DNA of 64,000 nt, taken from a virus. The notes below the pieces were generated by a model. That model did no database searches, was not told where the DNA came from, and was given only the letters and a program-made list of their open reading frames with translations. Numbering within the stretch: the first letter of the stretch is position 1; each line of letters opens with the position of its first letter. The stretch lies in the IMG/VR virus record IMGVR_UViG_3300027659_000010. One strand, given 5' to 3'. Shown one piece after another: positions 1 through 9,292 of the stretch. The position numbers and the translations under genes were made by a program.

Positions 1-386
1 TACCAATCGATGTAATCACCTTGTTGTCGCATATCAGCTACAATTCCGCCAGCATACCTCCAAGAACATGACCATTCCTCACCTTTAAGTACAGGAATGA
101 CTTCTAGCCTAATGAATCCATTATTACACATTGCCGCATATAAGTTTTGAGCATATGCATCGTGGGAACGAACTTTCTCCAAAATCCAATCAGTGGTTAA
201 TAGATCGTACTCCACGTTGTTGATTCTGCTTTTGAGATCGTTAAACTTATTATTATGTTCTTCTAAGACTTGTTCAAACCAATCAAGATAATTTTCATTG
301 ATAGGTTCGCCTTTTTCTTCCTGTCGTTTGACATATCCCTCTTTTTGGAAGGTATGTCGATCAGGGCTTTTTGAAACTTTATCCAT
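1..386 (-). CDS. hypothetical phage protein (3' end runs off the window)
   Basis: Hand translation from ATG at 386 (MDKVSKSPDRHTF...WSCSWRYAGGIVADMRQQGDYIDW) is open to position 1; overlaps the stop of the upstream ORF. Confidence 0.75.
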   Translation of the reverse strand, partial: MDKVSKSPDRHTFQKEGYVKRQEEKGEPINENYLDWFEQVLEEHNNKFNDLKSRINNVEYDLLTTDWILEKVRSHDAYAQNLYAAMCNNGFIRLEVIPVLKGEEWSCSWRYAGGIVADMRQQGDYIDW

Positions 387-1635
387 GTGATTTTACAATT
401 CTATTCATAGATACTTCTGGATCCCATTCTTTGCAATACTTTTTACGATTAGCACGACCTTCTTTAGTATCAGGATCATAGTCGATCCACGAAAACTCTG
501 TGCCATCACATTCGGGGCAATGACTGTTGTAGTCGTCATCTTCACACATATCGCTACGCATGCCTACCCAACCGCATTCTTTGTTATCACAGATAGCATC
601 CGCTGGTTCTGGTGGTTGATTGACCCATGAGCCTGTGTCCCAATTATAACCACTCCAGGTTTGCACACCGGAGATTGTTTTGAACTTACCGTATTCCCAT
701 TCACCGAATTCTGTGCCGTTCCAATATGCTGTACCGTATGTGGTGCCATAGCTTTTCCAAACACAACTATACCAACCTTCTATAGTTGGTTTAGTTTTTG
801 CAAATTTAAATTTAGGAGTTGATTCCCATGTGCTTGGACTTGTACCAATTGGAGGATGTCCCCAATCCTTTTCTCCAGGCTCGTAGCGTTTAAATCCGCC
901 TTCATCGTCAGTGAGCCGAACCATGATCATGTCTGAACTCTTGCCGTCAGTGCTACCACCGTTGTTGTCGATTTCTTCACCGTCATACATCACTGAGTTC
1001 ACAATCTCTTCACCATCTACTTCATCGTAGTAGAGTTCTAGTTTTTCAATATCAAACGGTGCTCGAAGTTCAATTTCACCTTCAAAGAACGTGCCTTTTT
1101 CGTTGCTTCTACCAATAAACACCACTTCACCTTTTTTACGACTACCAATCCAGACTTCATCTTGACAACTCCAAGCAGGACTGTCTTCAACATCGTCGCA
1201 GTCATCAAAACTTTTTTCAAAAACTGTATTACCGTTTTCATCTTCGATCTGTATGTGTCCTGCATTGCGGCTCACACCATTCACATGTGCCATATCGTCA
1301 CATTCATACCAGGACCCCGGTCTAAACGGTAATTTTTCTAGATCCAGTCCCATTTCTTCTTGCACAATGTCTTCATCGCTCCATGCTATTTCTGTCAGAT
1401 CCACTGAGTTTTTCACGCAGTAGTTCCAGACTTTTTTATCCACGGTACCCATGACTATTTCACCACCATAGCCCCACAATGAAATTTTATAGGTGCGTGG
1501 TGTAAACTTAAGAACTTCTATGAGTTTTTGTTGTTCTGCTAGATGCTGTGCGGCTAATTCTTCAGCAGTTGGCTCCGGAGCATCGCCGGGAGCGAATGGC
1601 CATGATCCTTTGGGGTTAGCGGTTGTCATACACAA
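379..1635 (-). CDS. hypothetical acidic protein with C-terminal Cys cluster (possible Zn ribbon)
   Basis: 418-aa ORF; CDNKEC...CPEC near the C-terminus. Confidence 0.7.
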   Translation of the reverse strand: MCMTTANPKGSWPFAPGDAPEPTAEELAAQHLAEQQKLIEVLKFTPRTYKISLWGYGGEIVMGTVDKKVWNYCVKNSVDLTEIAWSDEDIVQEEMGLDLEKLPFRPGSWYECDDMAHVNGVSRNAGHIQIEDENGNTVFEKSFDDCDDVEDSPAWSCQDEVWIGSRKKGEVVFIGRSNEKGTFFEGEIELRAPFDIEKLELYYDEVDGEEIVNSVMYDGEEIDNNGGSTDGKSSDMIMVRLTDDEGGFKRYEPGEKDWGHPPIGTSPSTWESTPKFKFAKTKPTIEGWYSCVWKSYGTTYGTAYWNGTEFGEWEYGKFKTISGVQTWSGYNWDTGSWVNQPPEPADAICDNKECGWVGMRSDMCEDDDYNSHCPECDGTEFSWIDYDPDTKEGRANRKKYCKEWDPEVSMNRIVKSHG

Positions 1636-2009
1636 TCTCCTTGTTCAGCAATTTTAGAAGCAGCTTTTGCGGTTGAATTGTTTTTGGATCGAAATTTCTT
1701 AACATCATCCACCGCAGATTTCAGTGTTTCTGCATAGTTAATAGCCTGCTGTTCGGTCATGCACACAGTGGTTTCGCAGTCCACATACCCCTTTGACAAC
1801 AGAGTCCAGATATGTTGCCAACGTGTCTTTGACCAAAAGTTGGTTTTCACCGTGGTGTAGATAGTAACGGTCACTTCATGATCGTCAGATTCAATCCAGA
1901 CATTATGGCTGTGATCATCATCTCCGCAATTACAAACCACCTTGTAGACTCTGCTGTCTCCCCAATCGTGGGTCTTCAAAATACCTTCTGCTGGAATCTG
2001 TGCTTTCAT
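1626..2009 (-). CDS. hypothetical protein
   Basis: 127-aa ORF overlapping both neighbours. Confidence 0.7.
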   Translation of the reverse strand: MKAQIPAEGILKTHDWGDSRVYKVVCNCGDDDHSHNVWIESDDHEVTVTIYTTVKTNFWSKTRWQHIWTLLSKGYVDCETTVCMTEQQAINYAETLKSAVDDVKKFRSKNNSTAKAASKIAEQGDCV

Positions 2010-2227
2010 TGTACGGGCAACCTATCAAATGTTTTGACCTGCGAGCGACTGGCTGAAATAGCATCGACCATTCGATCGTAGTCGTCGGGATCCATGGCAG
2101 ATCGATAGATGCTCAGAGCCTGGGTCATCATCACTGCGGCTACTTCCAAGGCACCATGCACACCCACCATGTGATCAGTGAACTCAATATAATTGTCATA
2201 GAGCTGTTGCATTTTATCTTTGCTCAT
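2006..2227 (-). CDS. hypothetical protein
   Basis: 73-aa ORF with ATGA overlap to the next gene. Confidence 0.65.
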   Translation of the reverse strand: MSKDKMQQLYDNYIEFTDHMVGVHGALEVAAVMMTQALSIYRSAMDPDDYDRMVDAISASRSQVKTFDRLPVQ

Positions 2228-2393
2228 TTATTTTTTTCCTGTGTTTATATTCTCGTTTGATCCACCATTTATAAGTGTTCCAGTACTGTTTAATTGTAGC
2301 AGGTTCATCTCCGTAGGTCAATCTCTCCTCGCGATTCTCCATCCAAAGTCGTTGGACCCAAAGTCTAAATCTTGAAGGAGAGTTTAGGTCCAT
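2214..2393 (-). CDS. small Trp-rich hypothetical protein (59 aa, not in ORF track)
   Basis: Hand translation MDLNSPSRFRLWVQRLWMENREER...; fills the gap between neighbours with overlaps on both sides. Confidence 0.55.
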   Translation of the reverse strand: MDLNSPSRFRLWVQRLWMENREERLTYGDEPATIKQYWNTYKWWIKREYKHRKKINEQR

Positions 2394-3199
2394 AGGCTTT
2401 CCCGAATTTTAATTAAACGAATCATCATTGCTTCATCTTCATCATTGTAGGTTTTTTCAATCTCTTGACTCTTATCCAAGGCAATTTTACACATCTCTGC
2501 TTCTTCTGGTGTTTTGTCGTCCATATCCAAAAGATGGTAACCTTTCTCACGGCGCATGTCACAGTACGCACTCCACCCGCTGGCATCATGAACATCTGGA
2601 CGTTTTGGATAAACTTCCTTCCACCATATGTAAAGCTCTAGAATTTCTTTGGCTGCTTTGGCTTGATATGTAGGCTCTGCTAGATGCTTTTCACCTTCGT
2701 CTAAGAACTCTTCGTTGGTCAGTGTCATTGCCCATTCTAGATAAGCAATACCTGCTTCTGGACAACGCCAATTGCGATACCAACGGCGCCACCATGGATA
2801 ATCGTATTTTTTCTTATCCTCATCACTCCATAAACAGTGGTGCCAAGCCTGTTCTATCTCAACAAAATCCACAAGCTCGTTAAAGAGACAAGGCAGAAAG
2901 CGATTGCCCACATCACGCCAATCACCTGGCGCAATATCTCTGGGATGGGCAGTAAGGGCATGACTGCGAGTAACCCAACGATTATTAATGTAATACCTAA
3001 TATCATTTATTCTTTCCGGTATCCAACACCATACACCTTGGATTTTATCCAACCCTTCTTCAGCGATCCACCAACGGATTGGATATTGGTCTTTAGCGGC
3101 CTTTTCCCATTCTCGCCATTCTTTTCCTGTGCCACACTTTAGTTTAGTGGTCCCACGGATCCAATCAGCAAACGGGGAACAGGTCCAATAATTTCTCAT
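2384..3199 (-). CDS. Trp-rich hypothetical protein
   Basis: 271-aa ORF with AAGGA RBS, downstream of a consensus promoter. Confidence 0.75.
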   Translation of the reverse strand: MRNYWTCSPFADWIRGTTKLKCGTGKEWREWEKAAKDQYPIRWWIAEEGLDKIQGVWCWIPERINDIRYYINNRWVTRSHALTAHPRDIAPGDWRDVGNRFLPCLFNELVDFVEIEQAWHHCLWSDEDKKKYDYPWWRRWYRNWRCPEAGIAYLEWAMTLTNEEFLDEGEKHLAEPTYQAKAAKEILELYIWWKEVYPKRPDVHDASGWSAYCDMRREKGYHLLDMDDKTPEEAEMCKIALDKSQEIEKTYNDEDEAMMIRLIKIRESLWT

Positions 3200-3235
3200 G
3201 TAATTCCTTCTCAGACTTAATAGTCGAACACTTTA

Positions 3236-3264
3236 ATTATACGATCTTTTCAAGAACCTGTCAA
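3236..3264 (-). promoter_or_regulatory. sigma70-type promoter
   Basis: TTGACA-17 nt-TATAAT on the minus strand. Confidence 0.8.
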
Positions 3265-3282
3265 TAACGATTAGAAAATGAC

Positions 3283-3666
3283 TTAGATTTTTCGGTGATA
3301 CCCTGCCAAATACAACATCATACTGTACTGCTCGTAGGCTTTTTTCACAGACTCGTGTGTCATACGAAAGTGTGATTCCTCACGTTCTTTGCTCATCAGC
3401 AATTCGAACATATCGGTATAGCCCTGACTGTGAGGATTATTATTAAAGAAGCGTTTTTCCATATCCACCAAAGTCCTTAATCTGCTCTCTGGAATCTGCA
3501 GAGTATAGAGTTTCTCAGTTTGATATTCTACGACATCGTTTCGTATGACATCAGCACGTTCGGGATCTGTAAAGAATCTAGGGGGATGATATCTAGCATG
3601 TCGTCCAGTGTCATTGACCACTCGAACATCGTAGTTTTCACAAAATTTTTTGAGATTATCTTCCAC
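3283..3666 (-). CDS. hypothetical protein
   Basis: 127-aa ORF, GTG start. Confidence 0.65.
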   Translation of the reverse strand: MEDNLKKFCENYDVRVVNDTGRHARYHPPRFFTDPERADVIRNDVVEYQTEKLYTLQIPESRLRTLVDMEKRFFNNNPHSQGYTDMFELLMSKEREESHFRMTHESVKKAYEQYSMMLYLAGYHRKI

Positions 3667-3811
3667 GACCTGCAGACTTCTTGACGGGTTTGTTTACATT
3701 GACCTGGCTACCATGTATGCCGTGATTAGCATCTGTGATGTTTTTGTTGTTGTTTTGTTTTTGATTCTGTTTCTTTTTAAGTAATGCGGCTTTGAGTAGG
3801 TCTGTTTTCAT
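3656..3811 (-). CDS. small basic hypothetical protein (51 aa, not in ORF track)
   Basis: MKTDLLKAALLKKKQ...KKSAGRGR; ATGA overlap with the thyX stop. Confidence 0.5.
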   Translation of the reverse strand: MKTDLLKAALLKKKQNQKQNNNKNITDANHGIHGSQVNVNKPVKKSAGRGR

Positions 3812-4485
3812 TGCAGCTCCTTGCCTAATAAACTTTCTGCCATGGGAAACACTGTGGCAATAACTTCAGCACAGGCTTTTGCAACAAGTTGATGCTCTTT
3901 TTGTGTGCCGTTACCTGAACGCAGTTCAATGAAGTGAATCCACGAACGCAGGGTGCCGTTCATATAGAGTCTGCTTTCAATTAGGCCTTCTGGAAGAACA
4001 GCTCGAGCCTGTTCCTTGGCTATGCCATTAGCAATTGCCCATTCGTATTCCCGTTGTGCGGCATAGATGACTCGTTGCTGAGCTCGGTACCATTCATTTT
4101 GTAGCAGTTGATCTTCCACTTCGACACTGTTCTGTCTGTTCTTTGGGTCTTGAAGTCTGGCTTCTCTTGTAACGAACGCCAAATCTTTAGTTGGGTCAGC
4201 ATAGCGTTGACTGAATTCCTGAAATGAAAATGATCTGTGTCTGAGGATCTGTCGGGCAATATCTCTGGTGGTAGTGATTTCACAGCAGGCTGATACCATT
4301 TCCAAGGGACTCCAGTGTTGGTGTCGGACCAAGTATCGTATGAGCTTGTCTGATGTTTCAGTGTTAAGCTGGTTTGAGGGATTGCTGACACGGGCGCAAT
4401 ACGCAATGAGTTCCTGCGCATCCTCGATGCCCATGAGTCTAAATTCGCCTGTGGGTTGAGAATAGGATAAAAGTTTAACATTCAT
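3808..4485 (-). CDS. thyX: FAD-dependent thymidylate synthase
   Basis: ThyX signature RHRSFSFQEFSQRY, plus HWSPLE and KEQARAVLP motifs. Confidence 0.95.
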   Translation of the reverse strand: MNVKLLSYSQPTGEFRLMGIEDAQELIAYCARVSNPSNQLNTETSDKLIRYLVRHQHWSPLEMVSACCEITTTRDIARQILRHRSFSFQEFSQRYADPTKDLAFVTREARLQDPKNRQNSVEVEDQLLQNEWYRAQQRVIYAAQREYEWAIANGIAKEQARAVLPEGLIESRLYMNGTLRSWIHFIELRSGNGTQKEHQLVAKACAEVIATVFPMAESLLGKELQ

Positions 4486-4974
4486 TTATGACTCTTTCAA
4501 TATTTTCATGATCTTTTCTTTTTCTAAAAGATCTCGTTCGAGTTCCACGTATTGGTTACGCAGTTCTTTTAACTGCTCCCAACGTGATTCTAATTCTGTA
4601 TTAGGTTTCAGTATGGCCAGTCGTTGTTCAATCTTTTCTATAGCTTGGGTTAGACTCTTACCACCTACAACAATATCAGCACCTTCTTTCATTGTCAATC
4701 CGTCTGCGTCAATAAGCACCGTGGAGGGGCTAGTACTCATGGTATAACCACCGGTGCCGGTTGTTGTTGTATATGTGTAGGGGGAGGTAATACTACCTGC
4801 GGTGAACATACTGCTATCAAGGGTGATGGTGTCTGTGCCCATGCTGGCTCCTATGTTATAGGTATAGTTAGCAGCACCATATCCACCAAGATCAATAGTG
4901 GTACAATCACCACTACTGACCGCGATGGTATCGTCGATGCTTACATTACGCTGACTTAGCTTCTTTGCGGGCAT
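4486..4974 (-). CDS. hypothetical protein, Thr-rich N-terminus and coiled-coil C-terminus
   Basis: 162-aa ORF. Confidence 0.65.
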   Translation of the reverse strand: MPAKKLSQRNVSIDDTIAVSSGDCTTIDLGGYGAANYTYNIGASMGTDTITLDSSMFTAGSITSPYTYTTTTGTGGYTMSTSPSTVLIDADGLTMKEGADIVVGGKSLTQAIEKIEQRLAILKPNTELESRWEQLKELRNQYVELERDLLEKEKIMKILKES

Positions 4975-5140
4975 TTTTTTCTTCGGTGATTTCTGTGCGA
5001 CGTGCCTTGACCAACTTGCCTACTTCTTGCAGAGCTTTACGAGCGCGGGTTCCTGCAGCATTGTTTCCTGCTGCGAATTTAGCGTCCTCTGAGAGAAATG
5101 TATCTAGTGCTGCTTTGAGTTGTTCTACTGTGTTTGACAT
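4946..5140 (-). CDS. histone H1-like (Hc1-family) small basic protein
   Basis: GNNAAGTRARKALQE motif typical of Hc1-like proteins; AAGGA RBS. Confidence 0.7.
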   Translation of the reverse strand: MSNTVEQLKAALDTFLSEDAKFAAGNNAAGTRARKALQEVGKLVKARRTEITEEKNARKEAKSA

Positions 5141-5183
5141 ATCTGTTTCCTTATCGTTATGTGAATATACTTATTCCGGTCAA

Positions 5184-5294
5184 TGGTGTGGTCGGTAGGT
5201 TTCGAACCTACAAAGGCTACGAACTACGTCAGCGCCCCGTCCCCATTCTGGACTATGGGTCCAGCGGGAGCTTTGCCAATTTGCTCACGACCAC
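5184..5294 (-). ncRNA. 111-nt tRNA-like RNA with expanded anticodon domain
   Basis: 7-bp acceptor GTGGTCG/CGACCAC plus ACCA; T arm GTAGG-TTCGAAA-CCTAC; class II-like D arm; non-canonical central region. Confidence 0.8.
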
Positions 5295-5300
5295 AAGTAT

Positions 5301-5329
5301 AGTATATAACCTTATTTTTTGAAATGCAA
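5301..5329 (-). promoter_or_regulatory. sigma70-type promoter for the tRNA-like RNA
   Basis: TTGCAT-17 nt-TATACT, ending 6 nt before the RNA 5' end. Confidence 0.7.
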
Positions 5330-5358
5330 GAGATATCTGTGTTAAATACTAGCATATT

Positions 5359-6342
5359 ATGATCATAGACTTTCAAAAGATTCCGTTTAACGAGATTGTG
5401 CGTTTTGGACAGAGGACCATGCTAGACCGTCCACTGTTTTCTGTGAGTTGGATACTGGGCAGATTCTGTAACTACAACTGTTCCTATTGTTGGCCCTATG
5501 CTAGATCAGATCGAATCGATCATCAGAGTTTAGAAACCTACACCTCGACTATTGACGAAATCAAACGCCAGGCCAAACTAAATGGCTTCGATCAATTCCA
5601 TTGGAGTTTTTCAGGAGGGGAACCCACAGCCTACAAACAGTTGAATGAATTAGTCAAGCACCTACAACAGGACACAGTGTCTCCATACCAAAGCATACAT
5701 ATGACCACTAATCTTTCACCGGGATCAAAATGGTGGAACACCTGGTGCTCTAACACAGACATGCTGCAACGTCGGAGTATTACCGCATCATTTCACGCCG
5801 AGCATGCTCGAGAACAAGAGTTTGGTGATAAGTGTCTTCAGTTGATTTATGAACGGGTGCATGTGACTGTGAATCAAGTAATGGTCCCTGATCAGTTTTG
5901 GGACCTGTATGCTCGCTGTGAAAGGTTTCATCAACGAGGTATAAACATCACGCTGAAACCACAGAGTGATCCTACTGCAAGTCATATTGTCAGTGGCTAC
6001 ACAGATGAAATGGTCCAGGCCATGCAGACAGGATTTACACAGAAGGCACAAGGAGAAGATGTTTATCAAATAGCACTGTATGAACAAAATGGCACTGAAC
6101 ATTTATTTGATCAGGCCGAACGATTCAATGCATTCGGATTTAACAAATTTCAAGGTTGGAGTTGCAATAGTGGCTATCAAAGTGTTATAATAAGAGGTAA
6201 TGAGGTCAAGAGAAGTTACAGCTGTCACGATCTGCCACTAGGAAATCTTCAAGATGGTTTTACATTATTCAATGAACCGACTAAATGTATTAGTTCTAGC
6301 TGTGTGAGTTCTGCAGATTCAAAAATACCAAAATGCAAATAA
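5359..6342 (+). CDS. radical SAM protein with C-terminal Cys-rich (twitch/SPASM-like) domain
   Basis: CNYNCSYC, SGGEP. Confidence 0.9.
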   Translation: MIIDFQKIPFNEIVRFGQRTMLDRPLFSVSWILGRFCNYNCSYCWPYARSDRIDHQSLETYTSTIDEIKRQAKLNGFDQFHWSFSGGEPTAYKQLNELVKHLQQDTVSPYQSIHMTTNLSPGSKWWNTWCSNTDMLQRRSITASFHAEHAREQEFGDKCLQLIYERVHVTVNQVMVPDQFWDLYARCERFHQRGINITLKPQSDPTASHIVSGYTDEMVQAMQTGFTQKAQGEDVYQIALYEQNGTEHLFDQAERFNAFGFNKFQGWSCNSGYQSVIIRGNEVKRSYSCHDLPLGNLQDGFTLFNEPTKCISSSCVSSADSKIPKCK

Positions 6343-6923
6343 ACACCGAACATCTGCATCATTGGATGCAGGCCATACGACAGAGTTCCGATCCTATGCG
6401 AACCATGGATGCGTTTTGGAGCGGCCAATTAAAAAGCAAAGAATGGTTGATTACTAATCTAAGACATCACGTGAAAAAATTCGTTACCATAGACATACAC
6501 GGCGGGTGGGTCGGAGTATTAGCCAGCATGTTGTTTCAAAGTGATGTGCCTGTACTCAACATTCGTAGCATTGATATAGATCCCGCATGCGAACCTATTG
6601 CTGTAAACATGAACAAGATAGAAGAGATGGTTGGCAAGTTCTGTGCGGTTACCGCAGACATGTGCGAGATTCGAAGCGACGCAGATGTTGTTATCAATAC
6701 CAGTTGTGAGCATGTCACACAAGAACAGTATGATTTATGGTTAAGCAGAATGCCGCAAAACAGTTTATTAGTCTTGCAAAGTAATAACTATGATATTCCA
6801 GAGCATGTTCGTATCGCGCAGTCGCTAGAAGAATTTCAAACACAATGCGGCATTAATAAAATATGGGCCGGATCATTAGAACTGCCGTTGTACACACGAT
6901 ATATGATCATAGGTAAGAAATAG
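6333..6923 (+). CDS. class I SAM-dependent methyltransferase-like protein
   Basis: IHGGWVGVL Gly-rich motif, SIDID, VINTSCEH. Confidence 0.65.
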   Translation: MQINTEHLHHWMQAIRQSSDPMRTMDAFWSGQLKSKEWLITNLRHHVKKFVTIDIHGGWVGVLASMLFQSDVPVLNIRSIDIDPACEPIAVNMNKIEEMVGKFCAVTADMCEIRSDADVVINTSCEHVTQEQYDLWLSRMPQNSLLVLQSNNYDIPEHVRIAQSLEEFQTQCGINKIWAGSLELPLYTRYMIIGKK

Positions 6924-7888
6924 TGTATTCATTAACAGACATTAGAACAGTTCATTTAGAAGTTACTAGTAGATGCCAAGCTAGTTGTCCTATGTGCGCC
7001 CGTAATATCCAAGGTGGAATCGATAATCCGTTCATGACGGTTATAGAAATTACATTAGATCAGCTTAAAGAATGGTTTTCAGTTGAGTTTATTAGACAGT
7101 TAGATCGGTTGTTTATGTGCGGCAACTTAGGGGATCCTATCATTGCCAAGGACACTTTAAAGATCTTTGAATATATTCGAGAAGTTAATCCTAACATAAT
7201 ATTAAGCATGAATACAAACGGTTCTGCAAGAAATCTGCAGTTCTGGAAAAAACTTGCTGAAGCAAGAGTTCATGTACGATTTGGTATTGATGGACTAATA
7301 GATACTCACAGTCTGTATCGTATAGGCACGGACTGGGTGAAAATAATAGATAATGCCAAAAATTTTATAACGGCTGGGGGACATGCTACTTGGGACATGT
7401 TGGTGTTTGAGCATAACAAACATCAGGTTGAACTTTGTAAAGAGCTCAGTGAGTCTATAGGGTTTGAAAAGTTTGTGTCAAAGAATACTGCTAGATTTAG
7501 GGACAATTATCTTAATGTTTTAAACAAAGAAGGACAGACTACACATATATTATATCCCACCGATAGAAGCAAACAAATACCAGTAACCAAAAAATCTACA
7601 ACAATAAATTGTAAAGTACAAAAGGAAAGAAGCCTATATATTAGTGCAACAGGTACCGTAAGTCCTTGCTGCTGGTTAGATAATGAATGGCAATCTCCTA
7701 ATAATCCTAATCGTATTGATTACATGGATAAGATAGGAACTAGACTAAGTTTGTCTAAGAATACGTTAGAGGAAATCTTTGAACAAAACGTTTTCACGGC
7801 AATTGAAAACACGTGGGAATGCAATCCGTTAAAAGAATGTTCAAAACAGTGTGGCGAAACAGATCGATTCAACGAACAATTTAATTGA
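6923..7888 (+). CDS. radical SAM/SPASM protein
   Basis: CQASCPMC, GNLGDP, C-terminal PCC and CSKQC. Confidence 0.9.
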   Translation: MYSLTDIRTVHLEVTSRCQASCPMCARNIQGGIDNPFMTVIEITLDQLKEWFSVEFIRQLDRLFMCGNLGDPIIAKDTLKIFEYIREVNPNIILSMNTNGSARNLQFWKKLAEARVHVRFGIDGLIDTHSLYRIGTDWVKIIDNAKNFITAGGHATWDMLVFEHNKHQVELCKELSESIGFEKFVSKNTARFRDNYLNVLNKEGQTTHILYPTDRSKQIPVTKKSTTINCKVQKERSLYISATGTVSPCCWLDNEWQSPNNPNRIDYMDKIGTRLSLSKNTLEEIFEQNVFTAIENTWECNPLKECSKQCGETDRFNEQFN

Positions 7889-7894
7889 GAATGA

Positions 7895-9292
7895 ATGAGT
7901 AATAAGATCAAACAGTGGCAGGACAAAATCGAAGCAGTGTCGGGTAGTCAGACTTTTTGTGTACTACCCTGGATACATTTTGCCACCAGACCAAATGGCG
8001 ATATGCGATTATGTTGTTCCGCTAATGCCAGCGGAGCAGGAGAAAACCACACAGTGGGACTGGTGAAGAACGAAAAAGGTCAACCAGCTAACTTTGGTCG
8101 AGAAACACCTATGAGTGCTTGGAACAATGAATACATGAAAGATGTACGATTAACTATGCTTGAAGGAAAGATACCTGCTAGTTGTAGTAAGTGCATTGCT
8201 GAAGAGTCACGCGGTGTTGCTAGCAAACGTATCTGGGAAACAGGTTCGTGGATGGAAGATGGCATCGATGTTGAAGAGCTTATTAAGCAAACAGCAGAAG
8301 ATGGAACTATTCCTGAACGTCTTGTTTACTTAGATTTACGCTTAGGCCATACCTGTAATCTCAAGTGCGTTATGTGTAGTCCGCATGACAGCAGCCAGTG
8401 GGTGGCGGATCATAAAAAGATATACCCGTTATTTCAGGCAAAGGAACTTAAGGAACAGATGTCATGGGATAGGAAAGATTTTAATAATAAGTGGCACGAG
8501 AATCCAGACTTTTGGAAAGAGATGTATGCACAGATTCCTAACCTAAAGCAGGTGTACTTCGCCGGCGGTGAACCATTAATGATACGCGAACATAAATGGT
8601 TCCTTGAAGAAATTATTCGTCAAGGCTATGCTGACAAAATTCTCATACGTTACAATACAAATGGATTACTTGTAGATGATGAAATTATCGAACTATGGAA
8701 GCAATTCAAAAAGGTCAAGGTCGGTTTTAGTATCGATGCTGTGGGTGACCGTAATTGGTATATACGCTATCCTAGCGATTGGGCTATTATCGAACATAAT
8801 CTTCACAAGCTAGATAACACTCCCGACAACATACAAGTTAGTATCGCCACTGCTATACAGATATTGAACATCAAACATTTAGCAGACTTCGCCAAGTGGA
8901 AGATTACACAAAACTTTAAGAAAGTAAATCTTGAAAATACAGTAGGCGGAATACAAGCCGGTGGCGGAATTATTAATATGCATCTGCTGTATATCCCAAC
9001 CTTCTTAAGTATTCGATTGCTACCTGCTGAAGATAAAGCAGAAGTTCGCAGAAACTTTGCAGAACTTGCTAATTGGTTGCATGAAAACTATAGACAAGAT
9101 GAAGATTTTTGGAAAAATAATCCTTACGGGTGGAAACGTTGGCAGGCTGTACTGGACTTCATGGATGCCGAAGATCATACAAATCAAATATCTGCTTTTA
9201 ATGAATATATTTCAAGGTTAGATAAACTACGTGGTACACGATTTAAACTAATATTTCCGGAGTTGTCGCATTTGGAATCGTATAATGCCTGA
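7895..9292 (+). CDS. radical SAM protein with N-terminal twitch/SPASM-like domain
   Basis: FCVLPW...LCC...CSKC, then CNLKCVMC and AGGEP. Confidence 0.9.
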   Translation: MSNKIKQWQDKIEAVSGSQTFCVLPWIHFATRPNGDMRLCCSANASGAGENHTVGLVKNEKGQPANFGRETPMSAWNNEYMKDVRLTMLEGKIPASCSKCIAEESRGVASKRIWETGSWMEDGIDVEELIKQTAEDGTIPERLVYLDLRLGHTCNLKCVMCSPHDSSQWVADHKKIYPLFQAKELKEQMSWDRKDFNNKWHENPDFWKEMYAQIPNLKQVYFAGGEPLMIREHKWFLEEIIRQGYADKILIRYNTNGLLVDDEIIELWKQFKKVKVGFSIDAVGDRNWYIRYPSDWAIIEHNLHKLDNTPDNIQVSIATAIQILNIKHLADFAKWKITQNFKKVNLENTVGGIQAGGGIINMHLLYIPTFLSIRLLPAEDKAEVRRNFAELANWLHENYRQDEDFWKNNPYGWKRWQAVLDFMDAEDHTNQISAFNEYISRLDKLRGTRFKLIFPELSHLESYNA

